DNA of 20,000 nucleotides, taken from IMG/VR virus record IMGVR_UViG_3300032257_000007; one strand, written 5' to 3'. Below are positions 1 through 7,919 of the stretch, one piece after another. The translations under genes were made by a program, and so were the position numbers. The stretch comes from an uncultured virus (IMG/VR IMGVR_UViG_3300032257_000007) (Duplodnaviria; Heunggongvirae; Uroviricota; Caudoviricetes). The stretch's first letter is position 1, and every line of letters starts with the position of its first letter. The notes under the pieces are model-generated. The model was given only the letters and a program-made list of their open reading frames with translations, was not told the origin of the DNA and searched no databases.

Positions 1-105
1 GTCGTATCTCTGAATACCATCATGTTCACCAAAGAACATCTTCACGTCTTCAATACTATCTTTACTTTTGCTAAAGTCTAAAATATAATCTGATGCTGTA
101 TCCAT
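1..105 (-). CDS. nrdB: Ribonucleotide reductase class I beta subunit, N-terminal 35 aa (runs off the left edge; not in ORF track)
   Basis: ATG at 105 after AAGGTG; translation MDTASDYILDFSKSKDSIEDVKMFFGEHDGIQRYD resembles the NrdB N-terminal MFFG...RYD motif (E. coli EPMFFGQPVNVARYD); context of other nucleotide-metabolism genes. Confidence 0.65.
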   Translation of the reverse strand, partial: MDTASDYILDFSKSKDSIEDVKMFFGEHDGIQRYD

Positions 106-117
106 CCCTATCACCTT

Positions 118-732
118 CTAGCTTTCGCTAATTAAAACAGTGTTGTCTGTCATATAAGTGACGAACTTGTTGTAGATAACGAATGTGTTCTCTTCTGGTA
201 TTACAGAAACATAAACATCTTCATCGATAAATAGGTGAGCCATCTTTTGGATATTTGAAAAATCCACTAATGACATATAGCATTTCTTCTCTTGAATAAA
301 CAGAGCGATTTCTTCAATCTGAGCCTTGTCTTCAATAAAGAAGTCTCGAGAATTGCTCTCATCTATCTCTTTGCTTCTTGAAACAGTTGCCTGCATCTTA
401 CCAAGAAGACTTTTGTATTCTCCACCTTCTATCCCCATAGGCAGAACGTAGTCTTGCTGTGCAGCAGAGTCGTATAAAGATACAGTAGCATCAGTGCCGA
501 TAGAGACATCGTCAAATGAACTCATCTGGCTAAGATTGTTTACTAGCATTGTGTAAGATATCTGTCTCTCATCTTTCCCTGCGGTTTCAGTTGATATGAA
601 GATAGTGTGCAACGCATCCCATGAGCGAAGCGATAACCCCATCCCATCAACATAAGCAAAAGGCATAACCCCCTCTAACTTTTTGGTCCCAAATACTTTT
701 ACAAGTACGTCAAAATTCTTTTTAGTTATCAT
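118..732 (-). CDS. Hypothetical protein (204 aa), possible sliding-clamp-like fold
   Basis: Start moved to ATG 732 (MITKKNF), overlapping the end of the upstream gene. Helix/strand pattern loosely resembles DNA clamp domains; function speculative. Confidence 0.75.
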   Translation of the reverse strand: MITKKNFDVLVKVFGTKKLEGVMPFAYVDGMGLSLRSWDALHTIFISTETAGKDERQISYTMLVNNLSQMSSFDDVSIGTDATVSLYDSAAQQDYVLPMGIEGGEYKSLLGKMQATVSRSKEIDESNSRDFFIEDKAQIEEIALFIQEKKCYMSLVDFSNIQKMAHLFIDEDVYVSVIPEENTFVIYNKFVTYMTDNTVLISES

Positions 733-1120
733 ATTCTTTGGCCTTCTCGAATAATGCATCCCATTTACGGTCATGCAGTGTTATATTATTATAGATACAA
801 ACTGACTGTATCCAGACTAGGTGAGAAGAAAGTTGATCCCCACTTATTTCCGTCATTGAAGCTGGATATCCAAATATCTCATAGAATGACCGAAGTCTCT
901 CTACTGGTATTTTTGTCCTCTTCTTTGAAGGCTCTTTGTCTGTCTTAGGATAGTCCGAATCTAAGAGCTTGAGCATTATTTTAATGCCCTCTATATCCAT
1001 TTTCTTAGTGTCTAAGATAACAAGGTTCTTGCCCACTTCGACTTCTATCTTCTTATTAGAGTCAAGAATATCAGCAAGTGTTGCGTGGAACTTCTTATTA
1101 AATTGCCCCGATACTATCAC
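722..1120 (-). CDS. Hypothetical protein (132 aa)
   Basis: GTG start overlaps the dUTPase TAG stop at 1120; coupled to the downstream gene. Confidence 0.75.
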   Translation of the reverse strand: MIVSGQFNKKFHATLADILDSNKKIEVEVGKNLVILDTKKMDIEGIKIMLKLLDSDYPKTDKEPSKKRTKIPVERLRSFYEIFGYPASMTEISGDQLSSHLVWIQSVCIYNNITLHDRKWDALFEKAKEYDN

Positions 1121-1755
1121 TATGCAACCAGGTATCTTTCTTGTAGAAGTAGACCCAGGTCATCATCAAAGTGGTTGCTGTAAGCGATGTTGTTAATAAG
1201 CTCTGCCATCACAACATTGTCTTCAACACCATTCCACATCTTTTTGTATGTACCATCAGCATAGCCATTGCTTTGTCTGAAGGTGTTCAATACAGCTTTC
1301 CCGAAGTATAGTTTTTGAATATCATCAAAAGTCATGCCGATTGAACCAGCAGCTTTCATAACACTCTTAGCGATAACAACGGATGATTTGTCTGTAATGG
1401 AAGCCTTAATTACATTTTCCATATGATGAAGAACAGATTCTAAGTCACTTGTATGATCAAGTGTGTCAGTTTCTACGATTGCTTTTAACTCTTTTTCAAG
1501 TTTGTCGTCAATTATGATTTCTTCTTCTACCATCATAGATAGAACAAAGTGCCATATATCAACCAACTCAACTTTTGCATTTTCAATGTCAGCAGAACCA
1601 TGCTTCCACCATTTCCATGGGAATGAGTCAACTAACTCAGCACCCTCCAATAAGATCGCTCTTCTCCAGTTGTGACCTTTCTTTCCCCAATCCTTACCAG
1701 TAGTCTTGGTATTGACGCTGTTTTGGGTGTCTATCATTTTTCTTAAATCGTGCAT
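1120..1755 (-). CDS. dut: Dimeric all-alpha dUTPase (Campylobacter/trypanosomatid type, dUTPase_2)
   Basis: Motifs WRRAILLEGAELVDSFPWKWWK, KVELVDIWHF, KAVLNTFRQSNGYADGTYKKMWNGVEDN; SD AAAGGA. Confidence 0.93.
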   Translation of the reverse strand: MHDLRKMIDTQNSVNTKTTGKDWGKKGHNWRRAILLEGAELVDSFPWKWWKHGSADIENAKVELVDIWHFVLSMMVEEEIIIDDKLEKELKAIVETDTLDHTSDLESVLHHMENVIKASITDKSSVVIAKSVMKAAGSIGMTFDDIQKLYFGKAVLNTFRQSNGYADGTYKKMWNGVEDNVVMAELINNIAYSNHFDDDLGLLLQERYLVA

Positions 1756-1778
1756 TTAGTTCCTTTTGTATTTTTTTT

Positions 1779-1816
1779 AAAAAGGGTTAAGCAGTATACA
1801 GAATATATTCTTAACC
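1779..1816 (-). terminator. Putative intrinsic terminator hairpin with an embedded -10 box (TATACT, 1798-1793) for the dut operon
   Basis: Minus strand GGTTAAG-18 nt-CTTAACC followed by CTTTTT, in the intergenic gap between the transglycosylase and dut genes. Confidence 0.5.
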
Positions 1817-1841
1817 AACTTTAAATTTTTATTTGTCTACT

Positions 1842-2435
1842 CTATTTTAAAGATACAACATTTTGAAGAAACTCTGTCTTGCCATTTTGACTGACTATGA
1901 CATAGTCATTAGACCAGAAAAATCTGTCTTCTAGCAGTCCATGTTTTGTTTCAAACGCTTTGATCTCTTTTATCTTCTTGGTTATTTTAGACGCATAACC
2001 ACGACCTCTTTTAGAGTTAAAAGACCATCCGTTGTTGTAGCTTCCCCATACTTTAGCCCAGTCTCGACCATGAACACTGATCCAGTATTTCAATTCATCA
2101 ATAGACTCTTTGGCAGCAAAGTCTTTGTCCATGACAAGCTTTGATGCGAATCTATTTCTGTTCGCTTTTGTATCTTTCAGGTTGTGTCTCTTAAGAACAC
2201 TCACAATGTTGTTTTGCCATATCCCAAAGTCTTTTGAGGCTATGTTGATTATGTTTAATCCACCCTCGGACTCGATAGAAGCAATCGCTGCCATTGTGTA
2301 TGAAAGGTCATTAGCAGACCCATAAATCTTTGACTCAGCAAGAACTCTTAATTGATCTTCTGAGTAACTACTTATGTTGTCTGCAAACAAAGCAGAGCAT
2401 AACATTAAAATTTGAATCAGTATCTTCTTAGCCAT
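1842..2435 (-). CDS. Secreted lytic transglycosylase (SLT/lysozyme-like fold), 197 aa
   Basis: Start moved to ATG 2435 (SD GGAG). Signal-peptide-like MAKKILIQILMLCSALFA; SLT motifs AIASIES (catalytic Glu), DFGIWQ, GSYNNG. Confidence 0.8.
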   Translation of the reverse strand: MAKKILIQILMLCSALFADNISSYSEDQLRVLAESKIYGSANDLSYTMAAIASIESEGGLNIINIASKDFGIWQNNIVSVLKRHNLKDTKANRNRFASKLVMDKDFAAKESIDELKYWISVHGRDWAKVWGSYNNGWSFNSKRGRGYASKITKKIKEIKAFETKHGLLEDRFFWSNDYVIVSQNGKTEFLQNVVSLK

Positions 2436-2841
2436 ATAAACTCCAAACTGCCATTTTAGGTTCAAGAGCTTGTAGCTCTGGTGAATATTGTATCCCTGCG
2501 GACCAATAAAAATCTTTTTCAACTTCATCTATCATCTCATCACTAGCGACTGGATGAAGAAAGATGTCGACGCCCGTCTTTGCCTTGAAAGCATTTGCTA
2601 GATTAGCATACAACTGATCAAGCCCCTCGGCAATAGTCTCATACTCAATCTGCTCCATTTCTGGCTCACCTTCATATAAAGCCTCTGTGTCACCATCTCT
2701 AAGTGAACGTGCCAAGCACTCATAGTCAGAGTCTATATCTTTCAAAGCTCTGTCTATAGCCTTAACCTCTTGAGGGCAAGTCTTTTCAACAGTACTTTCT
2801 TTGATTATAACTGCCCAGCAACCATAATGTTCCATTCCCAT
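2428..2841 (-). CDS. Hypothetical acidic protein (137 aa)
   Basis: SD AAGGA; overlaps the start of the downstream gene; fits the operon. Confidence 0.8.
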   Translation of the reverse strand: MGMEHYGCWAVIIKESTVEKTCPQEVKAIDRALKDIDSDYECLARSLRDGDTEALYEGEPEMEQIEYETIAEGLDQLYANLANAFKAKTGVDIFLHPVASDEMIDEVEKDFYWSAGIQYSPELQALEPKMAVWSLYG

Positions 2842-3021
2842 CTATCTGTCCTTCCCAACAATTGTTGCAATTAAATCTTCACCGCTCATAGATTTGAGCT
2901 GCTCTGATGTTACATTTTTTCCAAACATTTCTTTAACAATGCCTGGATACCTATTTTTGTCCACCCTGTCATAACCATTATTTTTAATAAAGGCCTTGAC
3001 CACACTACTTGCTAGGGACAC
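2842..3021 (-). CDS. Small hypothetical protein (59 aa; not in ORF track)
   Basis: GTG start, (M)SLASSVVKAFIKNNGYDRVDKNRYPGIVKEMFGKNVTSEQLKSMSGEDLIATIVGKDR*; TAG abuts the next ATG; fills the operon gap; weak SD. Confidence 0.6.
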   Translation of the reverse strand: MSLASSVVKAFIKNNGYDRVDKNRYPGIVKEMFGKNVTSEQLKSMSGEDLIATIVGKDR

Positions 3022-3157
3022 TAGCTTTATCCATTTCAGCTACAATCGCATCTTCTTTTTGAGCCTTGTATAAATCATGTTGTCTTCCTTCATAATCTGC
3101 ACATGCATCTTCAAACTGCTCTGGTGTATCATAGTCATCACTACTTGGACATGCCAT
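3005..3157 (-). CDS. Small acidic hypothetical protein (50 aa; not in ORF track)
   Basis: Strong SD AAGGAGG; MACPSSDDYDTPEQFEDACADYEGRQHDLYKAQKEDAIVAEMDKASVPSK*; overlaps the thyX end. Confidence 0.7.
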   Translation of the reverse strand: MACPSSDDYDTPEQFEDACADYEGRQHDLYKAQKEDAIVAEMDKASVPSK

Positions 3158-4091
3158 TTAAAACTACCTCCTTCTTCAAGTCTCTGTACTGTTCAAGCAA
3201 TCCTCTGATAGCAAAAGAGAATTCTTGAGTCTCTGGTTGAGTCCAGTTCTTTGGACCGCCATCATCCATGTAAGCATTTCTCTCACGAAGAAAGTGAGGC
3301 CATGCATCATCATCATTGATTAGACCAGTAATCACAAACTCTTTCATCTTAAAGTAGTAAGGTGCACGACTGTAAATTTCTCTTGGGTATCCAAGTTCTT
3401 TTAAGAAGTCCTGTACTTTAGATTGGGGAGCGTGATTTATCATCCAGTCCACAAAGTTTTCTGCACACATTCCATTCGGAGGGTTTACATAGTCCATTGA
3501 GTATTTTCTGATAATGTCACGTCTTGTGATGGGGTTGTTCTCGAGGTCTAGTCTTTCATCTAGGTCGTCTGGTAGCCAATAGTCAGCTTCTTCTGATACA
3601 CGATCACTCTGTGATTCAGTAGATAACTGAGTGTGGGTTACAATTTGAGCCCATACAAACATAGGTGCTTTGATTCTGAATGCAGCGAATACTTGATTGT
3701 CATCCGAGTAAGGAATTTTCTCATACTCTGCACCAGCTTCAATAAGTGCTCTCATATTTGTATACAGCATCTCCGACTTAGGATCGGCATGAGAGAACTT
3801 TGCAAGTTTGATAGCCTTCTCGTGTTCTTCTATACCAAGATCTTCAGCCTGGTTAAAACTCATAGTTACAGGCATAAACTCGAAAGGCCTAGAAGGTCTC
3901 CCGCTTTCTGCTTCTGTCATTAAAGCTTTGTACCGCTTAGGTGGGTTAGCACTTTTATCTTTTCCTCTACTGATAGCAGCAAGCTCTGTTGTCCAGTGAA
4001 TTCTGGCATCTTCATTTGCATTGCTTCCAGTCGGGTCTAAAAACTCAATGTAACCATTTCCGTATTCTCCAATACTAACTCTCTTCTCCAT
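3141..4091 (-). CDS. thyX: Flavin-dependent thymidylate synthase ThyX-like protein, divergent
   Basis: PSRPFEF, FRIKAPMFVWAQIVTHTQLSTESQSDR (RHRx7S-type motif read as THTx7S), HFLRER and TQPET (cf. AQxEI). Confidence 0.75.
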   Translation of the reverse strand: MEKRVSIGEYGNGYIEFLDPTGSNANEDARIHWTTELAAISRGKDKSANPPKRYKALMTEAESGRPSRPFEFMPVTMSFNQAEDLGIEEHEKAIKLAKFSHADPKSEMLYTNMRALIEAGAEYEKIPYSDDNQVFAAFRIKAPMFVWAQIVTHTQLSTESQSDRVSEEADYWLPDDLDERLDLENNPITRRDIIRKYSMDYVNPPNGMCAENFVDWMINHAPQSKVQDFLKELGYPREIYSRAPYYFKMKEFVITGLINDDDAWPHFLRERNAYMDDGGPKNWTQPETQEFSFAIRGLLEQYRDLKKEVVLNGMSK

Positions 4092-4452
4092 CGTCTACCT
4101 TTTTTCTTCTCAGCCCAAGTTCTTTTTTGTATCTCTCAAGCTTATTTAACTTCTGGTCCATCTTTTTTCCGACAACCATAGCCAAGTTCATTCCGCTACA
4201 CATGTTCATCCAAATCCTATACTCTCTAAGATCTCGAATTGCATCATATTTCCTACGAAGTAATGTAGCTTCATTCTCCAGTATGTCATATGAAACATCT
4301 ATTGCAAGTTCATTGCAGTCTATCGAATCAGTATCCACACCATGTGCAGAAAGTGTCTTCTCTAGTCTTTTAGATAACTCCGTAGTAAAATCATCTACTG
4401 ATGCTCCATACACTGTACTGATGTCGTATCCAAACATCGGTGCATTTTTCAC
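4075..4452 (-). CDS. Hypothetical protein (125 aa)
   Basis: Overlapping start/stop coupling with both neighbours. Confidence 0.75.
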   Translation of the reverse strand: MKNAPMFGYDISTVYGASVDDFTTELSKRLEKTLSAHGVDTDSIDCNELAIDVSYDILENEATLLRRKYDAIRDLREYRIWMNMCSGMNLAMVVGKKMDQKLNKLERYKKELGLRRKKVDDGEES

Positions 4453-4718
4453 TTTTTACTCTTCTTTTTCTTAGCTTTTTTCTTTTCTTTACGCTTCAAT
4501 CTTTTGATTTCACGATCAGCATAGTACATAACTTTTTCAAGATTTCTGATAGGAGTATCTTTATCATGAAGTCTGTACAATGCTAAAAAAGCTTCTCCGA
4601 CACTATGATTCATGTCTTTGTGTTCAAGTAGTCCTACTGCGTCTTTGATCCATTTCGGAACATCGTAGTAGCTACTATAGCCGCCATCTTTGTCTTTTTT
4701 ACTTAGCTTTTTTCCCAA
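4449..4718 (-). CDS. DUF3310-like (T7 gp1.7-related nucleotide-kinase-like) protein with a Lys-rich tail
   Basis: GGYSSYY...LEHKDMNHSVGEAFLALYR...K...RNLEKVMYYADREI resembles the DUF3310 pattern (GN..KY..R...K....DL.KA.WY). Confidence 0.55.
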   Translation of the reverse strand: MGKKLSKKDKDGGYSSYYDVPKWIKDAVGLLEHKDMNHSVGEAFLALYRLHDKDTPIRNLEKVMYYADREIKRLKRKEKKKAKKKKSKK

Positions 4719-5050
4719 ACTAAACCTCTCCCAAATAGTTCAACATCTATCTCAAGAACCTCATTTGAGGCATTGATTATAGTTGAAACGTCATCTTCAA
4801 TAGCTTTTATATCTTCTTTGCTTACGTTATCAGCATCAAGTAAAGCACCCATGAGTAATTTCAAAGCAGCAGTAGATCTGTCCAATGTGTAAGTAAGCAT
4901 TGATAAATGCATTCTCTCATCTTCAGTAAGTGGAAGTAAGCCTTTTGAGCTCATTACCGCATCTACGTCCTTGCTTTCTATAGTGGTTGGATCAAGAGCG
5001 TGGCCGTCAATCCATAGTAGTTTTTTGTTCGATGATTGGTTTGTAGCCAT
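4703..5050 (-). CDS. Hypothetical protein (115 aa)
   Basis: Start moved to ATG 5050 (MATNQSS) with SD AAGGA. Confidence 0.7.
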   Translation of the reverse strand: MATNQSSNKKLLWIDGHALDPTTIESKDVDAVMSSKGLLPLTEDERMHLSMLTYTLDRSTAALKLLMGALLDADNVSKEDIKAIEDDVSTIINASNEVLEIDVELFGRGLVWEKS

Positions 5051-5228
5051 TTTCATCCTTGTAAACAAGTTTTTGTTTTATGAGTTCTTTAATTGCAGGT
5101 TTTGCCCATTTCTCGGCTTTTTTTCTCGGTTGTTCAAAGTAGAGCCCTACATCCATGGCGGATATCGCTTTATCTTTTCCGAATCTTTTTATACACCCTA
5201 AGATGTCTTTTTGCTTAGGTGTCAACAT
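5007..5228 (-). CDS. Small winged-helix DNA-binding-like protein (73 aa)
   Basis: MLTPKQKDIL...ISAMDVG...AIKELIKQKLVYKDENGY is a typical wHTH pattern (LT..Q..IL; L...L...GLV plus wing). Confidence 0.6.
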   Translation of the reverse strand: MLTPKQKDILGCIKRFGKDKAISAMDVGLYFEQPRKKAEKWAKPAIKELIKQKLVYKDENGYKPIIEQKTTMD

Positions 5229-5276
5229 TTAACTGTCTCTCTCGCCATTCATATAGGCTCCTTGTCTGTTTTGGTA

Positions 5277-5285
5277 ATTGTACCA
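5277..5285 (-). promoter_or_regulatory. Putative extended -10 promoter TG-G-TACAAT
   Basis: Intergenic after ssb; SD AAGGAG follows at 5263-5258. Confidence 0.5.
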
Positions 5286-5287
5286 CA

Positions 5288-5305
5288 AGACACCTTACGG
5301 TGCCT
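5288..5305 (-). terminator. Stem-loop after ssb (AGGCACC-GTAA-GGTGTCT, GNRA loop); weak terminator or 3' stabiliser
   Basis: 7-bp stem with one G-U pair overlapping the ssb stop; poor U-tract. Confidence 0.45.
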
Positions 5306-5879
5306 AGAATGGAATTTCATCCTCATCGATGTCAATCTCTGGGATAGCAGATGCATCAGGCATTTGCTGTGCTGCAGCAGGTGCTTGCTGTTGTTGTTGC
5401 GGTGCACCTTGCTGTTGATTGGCTTGCTGGTTGCCATACTGCTGGTTGTTTTGCTGACCACCATATGATTGTTGTTGCTGGTTTCCATAAGACTGTTGGC
5501 TATTGTCATAACCACCTTGCCCTCCACCTTGACCAGCAGCTTTTGCTTCTGCATCAGCTTTTGAATCCATCATCTGCATTGTCTCAACGATAACAGTATG
5601 CTTTGAACGCTTGCTACCATCTTGAGCAACCCATTGGTCAAAATTCAATCTACCTTCAACAAGGATCTTGCTCCCACGTCTAAGGTACTGGTTTGCAACT
5701 TCTGCAGAACGACCAAAGAAAGTGATGTCAATAAAACATACTTCTTCTTTCTTTTCACCATTTTGAGTAAACTTACGACTAGTTGCGATTGCTGTGTTTG
5801 CAATAGCAGTTCCGCTCTGTGCATAACGCAGTTCGATATCACGAGTCAAGTTTCCTACAAGTACTACTTTGTTAAACAT
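5304..5879 (-). CDS. ssb: Single-stranded DNA-binding protein, bacterial (Campylobacterota-like) type
   Basis: MFNKVVLVGNLTRDIELRY OB fold, GSKILVEGRL, Q/G-rich linker, acidic tail IDIDEDEIPF. Confidence 0.97.
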   Translation of the reverse strand: MFNKVVLVGNLTRDIELRYAQSGTAIANTAIATSRKFTQNGEKKEEVCFIDITFFGRSAEVANQYLRRGSKILVEGRLNFDQWVAQDGSKRSKHTVIVETMQMMDSKADAEAKAAGQGGGQGGYDNSQQSYGNQQQQSYGGQQNNQQYGNQQANQQQGAPQQQQQAPAAAQQMPDASAIPEIDIDEDEIPF

Positions 5880-5913
5880 ATTTTTCCTTCTTTTTTTAGT
5901 TCTTCGACTATTT

Positions 5914-7386
5914 TTATAGGATAGGCATACTAACCTGTCCTGTTGTTTCTGTCGTAGGTATTATACCATCTTTTTCTTCATTTGCGGCACTAGAATCAAC
6001 ATTTTCTGAATATTCTGCGTCTATTGAGTCGTCTACATATTCTACTACTTCAGCAGGTATATAGTCATTCATAAACGATGCCGTAATTGCTTTAAATCCG
6101 AGTTCAACAGATCCAGTTGGACCATCTCTGTTTTTACCTATGATTGCCTCTGCGTGCTCCACCTCTGGACGATGATATTCACCATCCTTTTCAACATCCC
6201 ACTCTTTCTCACGATAGTATTCTTGTCTGTACAGGAATACAATCATGTCGGCATCTTGCTCAATTGAACCAGAACCTTGTAAGTCGGACATCATAGGTCT
6301 TTTGTTATCTCTGGTCTCAACAGATCTGTTTAGCTGAGATAATAAAACCACGGTGACTTTGAAGTTTTGGGATATCCTCTTCAGCATCTTAGTGATTTCA
6401 CCAAGTTCTGTAGGAGCATGTCCTTTTTCGTCAAGTCTCATCTGAAGAAGGTGATCTACAAGAATTGTTTTTATCAAAGGGTTGTTTTTTATCCTTTTGA
6501 TAATATCTATTTCTAGTTGCTTTCTTGTGAGACCACTTCTATCAATGATTTGGAATAGGTCGTCTGAATTCTCGAAAAATTCAAGAGTCTCATTAAATCC
6601 AGTTATGTTCTTAACTGCACCCATCTTCATCGATGACAACGGTTCTTGACACTTAAAAGATATCAATCTTGAGAGTGCATTTTTATCTGCAACCTCCATG
6701 GAATATAGAAGTGCCCCTTCGCCTCTTAGTATTGCAGAGATGATAGGACTACTCATAAAGCTCGATTTACCCATAGAAGGTCTGGCAGCAACTACTGTCA
6801 AACCATTTTCTACAAATCCACCAATCTTATTGTCAAAGTTGTAATACCCTGTTCTAAAGAATGGAGGCTTCTCTCCACTTGCTGCCTTGTCCATATCAGA
6901 ACGGATGTCAGCAGTAATATGTTCCATCTTCCTTGGCTCACCAACCGTCTTAATACCCATCTGCATAGCTTCGACTTTGTCCATGACATCAACAATAGCT
7001 TTACTGCTGTCATCTTCCGATGCAACAAGCTTCTTGATTTCAAAAGTCAGCTCCATCAATCTTCTTTTCTGAGCATAGTTCTTGACTACGTCCAAATAAG
7101 CTTTGACGTTAGATATTGGGTTTGACGATAGGATCTCAAGGATAACACGCTCACCATCGCTTATCTTTTTGGATAGCTCTGGTAAGATGAATGTTTCGTC
7201 CATCGGCTTTCCAGCTTCTTGTAACTCACCCATAATCTGAAAGATTGTCTGGTGTGCTGGTAGATAGAAGTCTTCTGCCGATAAACTCTCTGCAACTAAG
7301 TCGAACTGTTCGTTCTCAAAAATCACAGAGCTTATGATACTCCCTTCGACATTTATGTCAAAGAGTTTTAAATCGTCTTCATTCAT
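5914..7386 (-). CDS. dnaB: Replicative DNA helicase DnaB
   Basis: N-domain EDFYLPAHQTIF; Walker A AARPSMGKS; SMEV; ILVDHL; LSQLNR; SGSIEQDAD; KNRDGPTG. Confidence 0.96.
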   Translation of the reverse strand: MNEDDLKLFDINVEGSIISSVIFENEQFDLVAESLSAEDFYLPAHQTIFQIMGELQEAGKPMDETFILPELSKKISDGERVILEILSSNPISNVKAYLDVVKNYAQKRRLMELTFEIKKLVASEDDSSKAIVDVMDKVEAMQMGIKTVGEPRKMEHITADIRSDMDKAASGEKPPFFRTGYYNFDNKIGGFVENGLTVVAARPSMGKSSFMSSPIISAILRGEGALLYSMEVADKNALSRLISFKCQEPLSSMKMGAVKNITGFNETLEFFENSDDLFQIIDRSGLTRKQLEIDIIKRIKNNPLIKTILVDHLLQMRLDEKGHAPTELGEITKMLKRISQNFKVTVVLLSQLNRSVETRDNKRPMMSDLQGSGSIEQDADMIVFLYRQEYYREKEWDVEKDGEYHRPEVEHAEAIIGKNRDGPTGSVELGFKAITASFMNDYIPAEVVEYVDDSIDAEYSENVDSSAANEEKDGIIPTTETTGQVSMPIL

Positions 7387-7919
7387 TTCTTACTCTCGAT
7401 CATCTTATCTGACGCTTTTATCAGATTAGAATATTTCAGTTTTGATATGTCTGTTGCCGACTCTTTGAAAATCTTCTTGAGATAATCAAAGTATCCGACA
7501 GTAAACATGCCTTCACCTATAGATTCAAGTCCACCAACTTTATCTATGGTCATTAACTCTGTTGAACCAAACATAGGAGCTTTGGACTTCAACCATTTTG
7601 ACGGAATATATCCAGGGCTCCTTCCCTCTTCTTTAGATTTGCAGTTAAGAGTGTAAACAGTTTTAAGATTAGCCTTAAACTCTTCAAATCTCTTCTCTAT
7701 ATGATCTTCATACATCTTTGGAACACTGTAATCTTCTGCCAGCTTTTTAACAAGTGGCAAAGTTATGTACTCTGCAGCAGTAGTAAGTTTCGTATAGAAC
7801 TCAAAAATAGAATCGTCTTTGTCTGCAAGACCAGCTATTATGTCCTTCAAAATCTTTTCATCAATCTTGTCGAGCTTTAGCCTATCTTGGATAATTGACA
7901 GTAGTTCAATGTGTTTCAT
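7383..7919 (-). CDS. Hypothetical protein (178 aa), positional candidate for helicase loader
   Basis: TGATG overlap with the initiator stop and ATGA overlap with dnaB; no Walker A motif. Confidence 0.75.
   Translation of the reverse strand: MKHIELLSIIQDRLKLDKIDEKILKDIIAGLADKDDSIFEFYTKLTTAAEYITLPLVKKLAEDYSVPKMYEDHIEKRFEEFKANLKTVYTLNCKSKEEGRSPGYIPSKWLKSKAPMFGSTELMTIDKVGGLESIGEGMFTVGYFDYLKKIFKESATDISKLKYSNLIKASDKMIESKK

Noticed and set aside
5211..5593. Alternative-frame and antisense ORFs over the ssb tail, and CAA/CAG repeats
   Set aside because: By-products of the Gln/Gly-rich SSB linker, a normal feature
6270..6290. DnaB motif variant DLQGSG in place of DLRESG, as a sign of an inactive helicase
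   Set aside because: Walker A, catalytic Glu, Walker B Asp, SQLNR and the KNR arginine finger are intact; such variation is plausible in phage DnaBs
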